Shown here: positions 15,001-26,482 of the stretch, in pieces
Layout: each line of letters opens with the position of its first letter
Position numbering within the stretch: position 1 is the stretch's first letter
Assembly (NCBI GenBank): GCA_002633005.1
Contig: NMRA01000148.1
Span: 768,072-832,071, forward strand
Direction of reading: 5' to 3'
Origin: Phoronis australis
Lineage: Eukaryota > Animalia > Phoronida
Length of the DNA stretch: 64,000 nucleotides
The notes under the pieces: model-generated
Databases searched by the model: none
Seen by the model: only the letters and a program-made list of their open reading frames with translations
Told to the model about the DNA's origin: nothing
Program-made: the position numbers and the translations under genes

Positions 15001-18000
15001 ATTACGTTGAAGCTACGTTAAGATCAACATTCAGGATTTTATTGTAGAAAAATAGATTTCAGTAATTACCAGTCGGATTATAGTGCAGAAATTGTGTACA
15101 AATACTGCTGTGACAGTAATAAAAACGGATGGCATCATGGTGATTAATGGCTATAGTTGTGGCAATAAAATACTCACAGTTCTCATACTGGATTGTGAGC
15201 TCGACTATATTTGGTGTGGGGTACACCTGGAAAAATAGGATACCCACCCAGTTAAAGAGTGGACACGTCAATAACTGGTATGTCTTTTGCATCCAAAATT
15301 CTAAGAAATTAATAAAAACATTTCTTTTCTTTAAAGAACTTTGAACTTTGTGAATGCTTCTTCAACAAGAAAGTTTTTCAATTGGCCTTCAGTAAGGGAA
15401 CAGTGTTGTTTGGAACACCCTTTTCAAATGTAACAATAACAAAATGTTATGCAGGACTTATTTATAATGTGATTTATTTATTATAGCAGATCATAATAGC
15501 AGGTACCACATTTGTATCGTTGGACTAGAATTGTTACAAAACACCAAATATGGAGAATTCAACAGTGTGTGGAAACTAAGGTTACTGAGTTAAGAACTTA
15601 ATTGAGGCGCTCAAAGGCCATAGGCCCACAGCACAGTTGTACACAAAGTTATATACATTATTTACATATGCGTAGTACACAATATAGAAATTAAATACAC
15701 AGCAAAAATTAGTTACTGACATTCTTCTAAGAGCTTTGTCCTTGTGTTACAGAGTTTTTGTCCTGCAATAGTTTTATTTATAGTATGTATCAACCCACTA
15801 TATTCAATAAAGTTTTATTTATAATATGTATTAACCCACTATATTCAATAAAGTTTTATTTATAATATGTATCAACCCACTATATTCAATAAAGTTTTAT
15901 TTATAATATGTATTAACCCACTATATTCAATAAAATTTTATTTATAATATGTATCAACCTACTACATTCAATTAAGTTTTGTTTATAATATGTATTAACC
16001 CACTATATTTGATTTTGTTATTTTGCACATAATTTTGTTTTAATAATTAATATGTATAGTCATAAAACAAACTTGGAGAGAAAAAATATATATAAATAAT
16101 CCTTCAGTATATAATTTTAGTTGCGAAAGGAAACTTTTACAGAGTTTAAACTCCTAAAGTGAACGTTTTGGAGGGAATTAAAATCGGAAAAGGCACCTTT
16201 GTGTGGAATTTTGTTTTGTAAACGACACTCTTTCGTAAGAAAACTGATTGTGAAAATGTCAGCCATCTGAGCAGCACATGCCATATACCTCTCCCCTAGG
16301 GGAGTGCCCCTGGGTTGTGAGCCTGTTGCAGCTGCTTGTGTTTCATTAGGATACTTAGTAACGCCTATGTTGCCCAAATTTCTCGGTCAATCTTCTTCGT
16401 CTTTGTCCAACATCACAATGTGGCTATATGTGGCTACTGAATAGCTTTAGTAACCATTTTCCAATATTGTGGCGACATGATGAAATACGTCTTGTTGCTA
16501 GATGGCCAGATAGGGTAATTGATGAACAGCATTTTGATTTCATGAATTTAATGCAGTGGGATGTTTTCATTTTTTATAAATTCTTTGGGAACATTATGCT
16601 ATTAAATTGCCACTGTTGCATTTTGGGATATTTGAACGATTCACACAAAAATGTCAAACATCTCAAAATGCCCATGAATGAAACAAATGTGTATTACTGG
16701 GTTCCATTTAAGTGCATGATGAAAATATTGAGTAAAGATCGCTTTTGGAAACAAAGAACCGTACCTTTATGTGGTAAGTGTACAGCTGTTTCATCCATAT
16801 GTCATGGACTTGATTCACCACTGGGTGCGCCCTCTGCCGTTTGTAGAATAAAACGATAAAACAGTACCAAGGATTCCCTAAATCTAAATACACTGCACGT
16901 AGATCAAGTCCCGGATCTATGTTAAGACTAGGTCTGTGGACTGGGATCTCAATTGCTCCTCATACCCTGCGCTTTCATTTCTCGGGGTGTAGACTTGATG
17001 TACTGAAGTCCTTGTCAGAGATCTGGTGTAGATCTCTGGTGTGCTCTTGGACAGCAGTAATAGGTGTGATGTTGGGGTTACGATGATCCTTAACCCTGGT
17101 CGATAGCTGGCAACCTGTCTCACCGATATATTTTCAGCACACTCACCACACTTGTATTCGAAGATCACACCACACCTCTTGAGGGGAAGTGACACATCTT
17201 TCACTGATGGGAGGATGGACCGAATAGTGTTAAACGCTTTGTGAAACGACTTGATGTTGTGTTTATGGTAGATAGTCTGAATCCTTTTGGAGACGCCTTT
17301 GACATATGGAATATATGCAGAAAAGTTGATGATCGGAGAATTAGGGGGGTCACTCTGTTATGGTCGTTCCTCGTTACATCCATCAAACATCCAGCAATGC
17401 TCGTTTCACTTGACGAACCTCAGCTCCCCTTTCGTTGTCATAAGAAACAAGTTTCTCGGCTCTGTTGAGTATAGTCAGTACTACTGATCGTTTGTTAGAC
17501 AGATGGTGGTACTGTTTTTATTGTTTTATTCTACAACGACAGAGGGTACATCTGGTGGTTAATCAAGTCCATGGGATATGGACGAAACGGCTGTACACTT
17601 ACCACATCAAGGTACGGTTCTTTGGTTCTAAAAGTGATCTTCACTCAATATTTTCAATGAAAGAAATAGCATTTTTCCCCTATCAACTCAGCACGTCTTG
17701 TACCCCAAAGTTAGAAATTGAGTCAAATGAGTGATGCTATTATGATCTCACAATTTTAAAGAGTTGTTTGTAGATTGTTTCTCATTCGTTGTGTTCTTTG
17801 CAGAGGACAAACACCTTTATTGATGTTGGGGCAGTACGGAAAGGAAAATGCGGCAGCCATATTTGAACTTTTCCGAGAGTCGATGCCGGACTACCCGCTG
17901 GATCATCAGGACCCTGATGGAAACACTGGTATGTGGTGCTTATGCAGTTTTGACATTCCAGTCTTGTTGATTAATTTCATATCTGTGTCATGATAATCTT

Positions 18001-21000
18001 TGTGTTAAAGATATATTCAACATTTAAATGACTGGGGTAATATTCAAACCATGGACTGTTTAACACTCACCACTGTAGGATCCTTACAATGGAAGTTGAG
18101 CCGTTACCACTTACACAAAAGGCTTGCTGGTGACACCAAGAACTTCAGTCCTTACAGCTGATGCAATGCAGGCATTTAAGAATAATGTCATGTAAGGGTT
18201 TAATTGTTGCCCCTGAATTACAAGAAATTTATTGTCATCTTGGATAGGAATATTTTAGCATGGTGATAAGAGGTGACAAATAGCTATTACATCTGTGAGC
18301 AAATCCTGACCCTCGCTTATATGTAACAACAATTTCGGGTCGACTTTGGATTGAAGTGAGGAATCACTCTGCACGCGGTGTAAGGTCTGGAACCAGGATA
18401 ATGACTAGAGTGAGGTGCACAAACATAGGGAACACTTCATATTCCTTCAGTGCAGCTATACAGATGTGACTCCTTTCTGGCGTGAATCTAGGTGGAATTG
18501 AAAATTCTTGCATTACATTAACCTTGTTGCAGCCTCTAGCATCTAGTCGGCTTTGTGCAAGCCAAAGATACAGCAATTCTCCTATTTAGCATAAAATATG
18601 GCCGACAATTGAAATTATGTTTTACTAAATTTCTCTACAAATTAAAATAAATGTTAAGAACATTTTTAGTATACTATAAGCATGGTTTGCAGTGTGTAAA
18701 CATTATCATGCAACATTTGTCAAAGTTCACTCTGTTAGCAAAAAGGTAAATCAGCCATTGAAAAATGGAAAAAATTATCATTTTGTGAATTATTTTTTTG
18801 CAAAATAAGTGGAGAATTTTAGATAATTGGCTTGCTTGTTGTAAAAGTAGATAATGTTGAACCATTTACATGTACCCGTAGGAACAAGGAAAGTTATTAT
18901 CTGATTTTCTGCACTGCTTTGTTGTCTAGACTACCACTAGATGTATTGGTTCACGCCAGTGAACATGAGCTCCAAGTTGGAATTATTCTTGACTCCAGTT
19001 CCAGAAACTACGACATGTGGTCACTTCAAGCCTGTAAACATTCTATTTGTCTTCCAGTTCTGCTGTTAGCCTACACCAATGGTAACAGTAACCTTTGCCG
19101 GGCCATTGTTCGTGCCACACCCTGTCTGGGTATCCCCAACAAGCAAGGCATGTCCATTTTCAATGCACCTGTAGCAACAAAGCAGCTGTTGTTCAAACTT
19201 CTAGGTAAGCTTAGCACCCATGATTAAAGGTGCTATGAATCAGCCTTCTGTTAAAACAATTTTTCAGACCACTTACTGCTGCAAACTGTGTCTCAGCTTG
19301 TTCCTCTCTCAGATTAGGTGTTAATTCTGTGCTAGGCTGCTAGTGGAATATCTCTAACCCACATAAAACCTGTAGGCTATGCCAGACGTATTAAATTTTT
19401 ACAGCAGATATCATGTCTCTATTGTGTGATGGGAAATAAAATTTTTTAGAAAAATCTTCCTCGGATATAAATCATGTAACGAGTAATGCAATATTCTGTG
19501 GGCATCTACTTAGGATGGTCCTAAGGCTTCTGAAAATTTGATTTAGTTTAAAGTTTTCCTGTCTTGCAATGAGAAGATTTGGAAGGAGTTGCATTTTCTT
19601 TGTTTCACTAGCTCTTGGCTGTCAGAAGTCATGGTTTTGTTGAAACTGTAGAACAGCTTACTTTTTCTTTCAGACATGTTATCGACGGAGCCTCCATGGA
19701 GTGAAGGGGACAATTGTCTAGAATGTGGAATTAAATTTTCTATTAAGACTAGGAAGCACCACTGGTAGGTCACTCTGCATGCAAAACATTGGCTTAGTTT
19801 AGGGACTGTTTTATAGATATTCTAAATTTGATAAATTCATTGAAGAGAAATGTAGGGCCATAGGTACTGGAGCGAGTGGCAGAGTTTACATTTTTCCTGA
19901 TAATTGCCATTTTGTGATGAGTGGCAACATAATGAAATATTCTATATTACAAGACGGTGACAGAGAGCTTGATTGATAATGGAAGGAGGGGCGATACCTT
20001 CAAGCTGAGTATGGTAATTCTTCACTTATTAGTCAGGGTGTGCCAAATAATCTGATCTGAACATACAAACTTTGTAGTTGATGGGTCTGCAAAATTAAAT
20101 GAGTAGCCAACTGTCACTGTGTGAATTTAGCAAAATGCTGCCTGCGGGTTCCCAATGTGATCCAATTAACAGTAAATTAAATTACTTCATCCTGTTCCAA
20201 TATAAGAGTACTTCAACCCGTCATTGGTAAAAATTCTTTTAGCACTTAACTAAGTGACAACACACTCATCCAGGTCTCATCTTTCACCTCATATTTACAA
20301 TTGGATGAGATACCCATATTCAAATGGATGATTTAAGTGATAATTATACAATTTTTGGACCTTATTAAAATGGGTAAAGAGGTGTGGATTACTACAATTA
20401 ATGACTAGGCTTTGCGTTGGTATTTTCCGAAGTGCATGACTGACTTTGTGCAAATGAGGTGAGGCAAGAAATTCCCTAAAAGTAGCTTTGTGCTAAACAA
20501 GTGAGGGACAATTGTTTTTTTTTTTTTGTAAATAATTTTGGGTGTACCAAATGAGATAACTGTTTCATATAAATGGAGAAAATGTACATTTTATAAAGCA
20601 GAGTTGATAAGCCACAGGTTTATGTGTCAAACTTTTCTGTGGTAGAAACGGAACATTTAGGGCATTTGCAGTACACATAGATTGCCTCTTGCCTCCTTAT
20701 GACACTACATGCCAAGTGCCAACATAGCAAAGAAAATTTTGATACCAAGTTCTGCATTTTGTACTCGAAACTCAATTCGAAAATTGACTACCTGTATTTC
20801 ACATTTTACTCTTATCATGCAGCAAGATCGGTTAAGCTTTGAGTCTGGCTAAAGTGAAGTCTGAGCTCAGAGATTAGGCCCAGATAGTTTGAGTTGATGG
20901 CAGCGTGTTGGAAGAAATGATTCCTAACAATTGTAATGCATGATCTCCATGGTCCAATTATTTTATATTATATTTTTGTGATTATTTAAAAAAATACCAC

Positions 21001-21194
21001 TTGTGTTTTAACAAAAAAATTGAATTTGACTTGGGTCAGTTAATCCCATTTTTTGTTTCAGTCGCCACTGCGGACGTTTACTCTGTGCTAAGTGTTCAGA
21101 CAAAGACATGCCGATCATCAAGTACAACCAGACGAAACCAGTGCGCGTCTGCGAAATCTGCTTCGATGTTCTGTCATTAGGATCTGCCAGTTAG
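54..21194 (+). CDS. ANKFY1: Rabankyrin-5 (ankyrin repeat and FYVE domain protein 1), 3' part; 5' exons lie upstream of the window
   Basis: Eleven GT-AG exons join in frame: 54-222, 2483-2601, 3145-3301, 4000-4200, 7407-7583, 8799-8946, 10120-10210, 17804-17928, 19058-19204, 19674-19764, 21062-21194 (TAG). They encode ankyrin repeats (TPLHIAATWG, NFLHIAIQ, TPLHLAVQAG), QTLLHRALDENNEPVACFLIRSGCD, GQYGKENAAAIFELF, and a C-terminal FYVE domain (WSEGDNCLECG..RKHHCRHCGRLLC..RVCEICF). Confidence 0.96.
5424..6981. mobile_element. Non-autonomous TTAA-targeting DNA transposon (Kolobok-like), 1558 bp, in an ANKFY1 intron
   Basis: TTAA|AGAGACTTGGAACG ... CGTTCCAAGCCTCT|TTAA: 14-bp terminal inverted repeats with one mismatch, TTAA on both sides, AG..CT termini. 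No transposase ORF inside. Confidence 0.7.
9746..9817. repeat. 18-bp tandem repeat x4 (TGACCATCTATACTTTAC)
   Basis: Four exact copies read directly from the sequence. Confidence 0.95.
13066..14130 (-). CDS. Intronless orphan class A (rhodopsin-like) GPCR, nested antisense in the ANKFY1 intron 10211-17803
   Basis: About 354 aa from the ATG at 14130. Seven hydrophobic segments, N-terminal sequons NGT/NET, TM1 Asn (TFVN), ICL2 KPMHYPLIVTKKR, TM4 Trp, TM5 Tyr, TM6 CWLP, TM7 MPVIY, basic helix 8 and a Ser/Thr-rich tail. Confidence 0.9.
   Translation of the reverse strand: MFRLTNGTNETQQVCMDIMGLHIATEGIGVTGTFVNITAIVILINIKKKKAMIGLLFSLSVAGLVMSASVLTFAIGRPTTVCARWIGIYGVPFEMEDYMTLFEVFKRCCTMVALYIEVMTLGAMTFDLLIASWKPMHYPLIVTKKRVRIWISLTWLFPNAEMLVYLFLISSSKQYEYNLEIVMTVLAIISSLVFVLIVITYTGVCLQLRRHQQMAEAAAQTNKMTFKSKATIAVIIDSYALCWLPFAFNTIIVQHSKLQQVDITKDVALINWLQCATALAAFSSVCMPVIYIARDKSAKRSLLQLVRKLRRTGSTGHQSSSGREGQLTTSRGQHEQENGKSENVACPEKLKTRV
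15771..16009. repeat. 41-bp AT-rich minisatellite, about 6 copies
   Basis: Unit GTTTTATTTATAATATGTAT(C/T)AACCCACTATATTCAATAAA recurs at about 41-bp spacing. Confidence 0.9.
16720..17656 (-). mobile_element. 5'-truncated, decayed Penelope-like retroelement (RT C-terminus, linker, GIY-YIG endonuclease) with 150-bp inverted pLTR-like arms
   Basis: The minus strand translates, across frameshifts and stops, as HHLSNKRSVVLTILNRAEKLVS..., IPYVKGVSKRI..HKAFNTIRSILPSVKD, GVIFEYKCGEC../YIGETGCQLSTRVKDH..AVQEH..AIEIPVHRPSLNIDPGLDL. Arms 16720-16869 and 17507-17656 are reverse complements of each other. Confidence 0.82.
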
Positions 21195-21354
21195 CAGGAC
21201 TGCTGCTTGTGGTTAAGGAAAAGATGCAAATTGCACGCAGAATTGTGCAGGGTAAATTTTGCATATGTCCCAGTAGGCCGTGTCTTTTAAAACATGACTC
21301 ATAGATTATCATATATGATAAACTATGTAATGTCAAAACTTGCCTTTAAACTTT

Positions 21355-21641
21355 AACTATGATAAAATCTCACCAATTTAGAACACAACATGGCCTAGAA
21401 GTGAAATTTTATTTTCTCATTTTTTCATAAAAGATATGTAGCATCAAATTAATGCTTTATCATGTTGAAGTTCTGTACCATAGCTAGCCTCGGTAAATGT
21501 TTTGTGTACCATAGCTAGCCTCAGTAAATGTTTTGAAAAAGTGCAGGCATTCACAACAAGACTTGAAACATTGAAAAATGAAAAAGGGCATTTGTGGCAA
21601 CTATTTCTGTCTGAAATTGGTGAGATTTGACTGTAGACTTA
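21355..21641. mobile_element. About 280-bp MITE with TIR ACTATG(G/A)TAAAATCTCACCAATTT; related copies near 23041-23275, 34500-34680 and 49460-49650
   Basis: AAATCTCACCAATTT ... AAATTGGTGAGATTT inverted ends and a shared internal TACCATAGC-type motif in the other copies. Confidence 0.6.
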
Positions 21642-21652
21642 AATGTGAATTC

Positions 21653-21658
21653 AATAAA
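21653..21658 (+). promoter_or_regulatory. Candidate ANKFY1 poly(A) signal
   Basis: First AATAAA seen after the stop codon at 21194. A longer UTR cannot be excluded. Confidence 0.4.
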
Positions 21659-24158
21659 GAATTCATCATCCAGTGTAAGTTAAGGATGTTTTGAAAACAT
21701 TGTGTATGCTGTTGTGGCTAGGCATCTCACTCATTAGTTGGACATGATAGCATGAGTGAGACCAACTTTTGAAATGATTTATGTATAAATGTGCATTAGA
21801 GGATCTGTTATTTAGCATTGTTTCCTTGCTAATATTACCAAGTTCATATGGAATGTTAACTGCAGCAACATGCAGAAATGTGTAATGTAGTCTGACTAGA
21901 ATTCATAGATATTGGTTAGTCTCAATTATCAATCTTGGGGGGGGGTTTGAATAAGTGCCCACAGGTGCTCTTTTAATACTTAAAAGATGGAAGTCCTATC
22001 GGAGAGCTAAAGCTATTCAGAGCGAGTTTCCATCTCAAGTGTGCTGATCCCAAGTTGTGAAAGAAGGGTAACCAACTATCCCTTGTGAAAACAAAGTTAT
22101 CACCACAAAAGTCCCGGAACCTTATGCGCCATTTATGTGCCAGACAGGGACTAGTTAGGTAGATCTAGTTGGTCTCTTTAAAAACTTGATTACCCGGAAG
22201 GCAAATTACGCATGATTTTTTGAGTGAGAATAATCTGAAGCAGATAAGAGACCTTTAGCCATTTTACCAAATGTCATCCACCTGGTCTTGGCTATTATGG
22301 TCGTATCTTGAATTTCTGTTGGCAAACAATTCATCATGGTGGTTTATGAAGGTGGGTTTTCAGTTTGAATGTGCATTGCCGTCATGCTGGCATTAAGGAT
22401 GTTTAGCTGTTACAGAAAATAATGTGTTGCCTTCATAATCACTTAATTGCCTATGATTACCTTAGCTACAACTGGACTTAGACCTTTGCCGGATAAAATG
22501 GGCCTCTGCTTTGTACACGTTTCTCTGTGTTGACTCTTCTGTGTCGCTGATACACTCATAAATTTCTGTTGTTTAAGTTCTACTGTTCAGTTGTATGGAG
22601 CAAAGTTGGTTCAGGATTTCATTGTTGCTATTAAATGTCTTATATAGTACAAGTATTCAGACAAAGTGACCCAAAATTCCCCATCTTGGCAGCTTGGCAG
22701 AAGCTAAATTCATTGTCGGAGTAGTCTCCCCTTGTGACCAAGAATGAATGGGGATTAACAGGAAAGTTAGTAAGGTGGCTAAGTCATAATGTAATGAGAT
22801 TTTTGTTGCTGGAATAGTTATCACCAGTCATTTTTGCTGTTAAGAAGAGGTCATGGCATAGAAACGGTACTTCGTCTGATTACTTTGGTCTAGCACTGCG
22901 TGTACAGTAAATGATACATGTACCACTCAAAGCTGTGTTCATGTTCTTTTTTGGGTCACCAACGTCACTCAATTTTTATGAAGTAAATTCCTGTCCGAGC
23001 TCTGTTGTAGCAAAATACGCTATTGTTTCTCATTTGTCTTTAGACTATGGTAAAATCTCACCAATTTAGGACACAATATGGTCGACTGGTGAAATGTTTT
23101 CTAAATTGTTTTCAAATAATTATCACAAATTAAAGGCTGTGTCCAGTCTTTAAGTTGTATGCCATAGCTATTGTTGTCCTGTTTTGTGAGAAACTGTGAA
23201 CATTCACAACAATGAAAAGTCTTAACAAAATGAAAACAAGTCTACTGGATGAAATTGGTGAAATTTTAGCTTAATTTAGTTTGTTAGGTATGTTTACATT
23301 GAATAGTTGTAGTTTCATAGACTGAGCTGCTCATTGGACTTAATTGTTTTGAAATGATGCAGTGTGGTTGGGTTTAATCTAATGATAAACTTTGTGTTGT
23401 ATTTGTCCTTCTTTCAATCGGAGTAAGTAGATTCATGAATAATGTGATTCTTAAGGAACCACTATGTTTTTGAGGGTGTTTTGGGGCATTTTTTTTTTTC
23501 TACTCTGTTTTTTTCTGTGAAAATAACAAATTCTCAAACAGGAAGTGTGACGCAGTGAAAATCTCAGTTGGTTGACTATTGGTAATGTGTTCTGATAACT
23601 GCTATCAGTGGCCAGGGTGGCTGCCAATTTTTGGACTCAACCTCGGTACTTGAGCAGTGATGCCACTAACAAGTGATTTATTAAACAACACAGTATTTGT
23701 ATTGTGAGACTTGTTTATAGTTCACATTTTCTGTTTGGAGAATATTGCTTATTTTATTGAAAATGACTAAAAAGGTTCAAAGCCTTTTAAAGTAAGATAT
23801 GCCAAATTGGGCAATAGTTACTCATACAGCAGTCCTGGATTTTGAGAACAGGTTTTAAGCCCATTATTCAGTAGAGCAAACTCAGGTTCTCAAAATGCGG
23901 GACCTCTACAAGTGAATGCTACCTTAAATTGACCAAAAACGTCTACAAAAAAGTTGCTTTCCTGTTTAAGACAGTCGCAGATAGAGAGGGCAATGTTGAG
24001 TGGTACAAGACCTCTTTAGTTCACTGCATTTTGTCAGTAGCAGTCAGATATTGTAGAACGTTCCATGAACTAGAATTCATTCAAATGAATTAAGTCAGAG
24101 TTCTTCTAGTTAAAAGCATGAAGGTTTTGAGACATCCAGTTGAGGTATCAAAATGTAG

Positions 24159-24264
24159 AAAAAACTCAAGTTGAATACTGGAATTTGCTTACTTGAGTTA
24201 GCGACGTTGTGTCCGTATCTCACGGACGTAAGTAAGCAAATTCCAGTATGCGACTTGATTTTTT
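24159..24264. repeat. Foldback/hairpin element
   Basis: ATACTGGAATTTGCTTACTT ... TAAGTAAGCAAATTCCAGTAT inverted arms, extendable outward with mismatches. Confidence 0.75.
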
Positions 24265-24704
24265 TATTATTAGTTCTTCATGTTGTACAATTATGTTCAA
24301 TTGGCAAAGCCAATTTTTTATTAATCCCACAACCTCCAGTTTAGATTAGTTCCAGTGGTAGTCGTTTGTATTTGTTAGTAATTTATTAGCACTTTAAGCA
24401 GTCATAGTCCGATTTAGGAGCCCTCCTCTGGAGATTACCAGAAAGCCATGGCATGCCATTTTTAAGGTTAACATGAACAAAACTGTGGTTGTGCACCCTG
24501 TTCTTGTGGCATTCTAGATCTGCCAGTGACAGTTTCCTGTTTTGTAAAGTAGAGCATCTTGAGTTGTGCTCAGAGTGGCTGTTGCATGATGACATCCTAC
24601 ATCTTTGAGCCAGTGTAATGCGCAGTCAGCTTGCCCCAGCAAAATGACGTGCATTTATGGTCTTGCAATGGAAAAGGTTTGTCATTGCTTTCCGATGGTA
24701 TGAT

Positions 24705-24833
24705 GTTGAATGGCCAAATCATTTACTAAAAAGCATATATTTGGCGAGTCAGACTTTTCTGACCAGTCAGTGAATAAGGCCCTATGACTCACTAGACTTT
24801 TATGCTTTTTAGAAAGTGATTTAGCCATTTAAC
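24705..24833. repeat. Foldback/hairpin element
   Basis: TGTTGAATGGCCAAATCATTTACTAAAAAGCATA ... TATGCTTTTTAGAAAGTGATTTAGCCATTTAACA. Confidence 0.7.
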
Positions 24834-25065
24834 ATTTACGGTATTATCACTTCTGTAGGTCTGTGCTTACATACATATGACGTTGCACCTTCATGTTCCA
24901 ACAGCCAATCAGAGAGACCAGACCTACTTTGTGTTCAGGTTTTAGTGCTCCTATTAGAGTTAGATACTACACATTACTGTTGGTAAGTAGTGTTTGTGTA
25001 CGTAGCTTGGTCAAAAAGGAATTAAGGAACTAACTGAGTGTAAAATTTCCCTTAGATTTTCTGAA

Positions 25066-25142
25066 ATCAGTGCCAGAGCAGGTTCGAATTGGGAATCTGC
25101 GTTCGCAGCCTAACACTCTACTTATGAGATAGATTGCACTGG
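25066..25142 (-). mobile_element. Degenerate tRNA-derived SINE head
   Basis: The minus strand has A-box-like ATCTCATAAGTAGAGTG and B-box-like AATTCGAACC, and resembles the copy at 38390-38466. Confidence 0.4.
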
Positions 25143-26482
25143 ATAAGTGATGCGAGTACTTTCAGCTCATTTAACTGGTAGACATCGGCATTGTGTGATA
25201 AAATAACAAGAACTCAATAGATTCCATAGCTCTGGTCAAACCTAACTACGTCCACCGATAATCCCAAAATAATGCATTTTTGAAAGTAAATGCCACTTTA
25301 ATACTACCATCACTTTTTCCTGCGGCAAATGCGCCGAATGACTTTCGATCATTCATTTCTCAGTGGCTGGACATGAGTTGGAGCTACACCGTGTCTATGG
25401 TCAACAGATGGCGTCAAGTTTCTACAGTGGAAATTTCTATCTGAGCTATTGCCCATTTGTTTGGACACGGCTTTTTTGACTATTAAAGTTACGGTAGTGT
25501 TAGTGGATGCTATGTTAGTTATATTGTTTTAATGCCAGTGATTGTCCACCTTGTTATTTATTGATGTATGTGTATGTGGCTTAATAGAAACATATCCCAC
25601 AGTTACAAACCCGCTGTTTATTCTCTGGCTGCTATAGACTAGAAGAGTGTTCAGCTTCCAACACTTATCACAACCACAGTAAGCAGTTTATGTACACAGA
25701 AAAGGCAGGAATGGAGCAGACATTTTTTCAAAATACGTACTGTGTATTTACAAATCAAGACAAGTGACGTAGTGCTCACAATAAAACCCAACATAAAAGG
25801 AACGTGCCCAATATTAAGTCAAGATTAACTCTGAAATTTAACCTGAAGTGACATTTTTTTAAATTCTCAGAATTCAGTCAAAGTCTAATACCTGATAAAT
25901 TTTGTCCAACGGAAATTTAGGGAGTCCACAATGACTCGCTGTACCACAGACTGTATTTATTTTTCCAGTACATCCAAATAGATTGCTTGTTGCTTTCCCA
26001 CAGATGTAAAAATAGTGGAAGGTTGTGCCACTTATTGACATAAAATACTTTCTGACTGGTACTGACTTCTAAGAGAATAATCTGCCCGTAATCTGAGTAC
26101 TCGACTGAAGGTATTTTTCAACATCAACAGATATGGAAAGAAAACTAGGCAGAAACAAAAAATAATACAGCACCCAATTGTTGAAAACGAGACTTGAAAA
26201 ACATCCACCTTGGGTTAAGCTTGGGTAACACCCAACAACAAGTTTCACAATTTAAATACGATTAAAAATATGACAAAGATGAAGCTAAATTAATAGCAAT
26301 TACAACACAGGATAAAGAGTAATGGATTCCACACCATATGAACGACAGATGAAAAATTCCCCCATCCTTGTTTGAATGACTTTTAAACAATATCTGAGCA
26401 AGAAATAGATTCTATTCTGACAGGGTGTTTATTAGGCATGATACGCTTATATTTTTCTAAATCCATCCTTAATACAACATTT

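Noticed and set aside
16428-16859. 143-aa plus-strand ORF and the similar ORF pair 16708-16893 / 17465-17734
   Set aside because: The apparent paralogy comes from the inverted pLTR arms, and the translations show no protein features.
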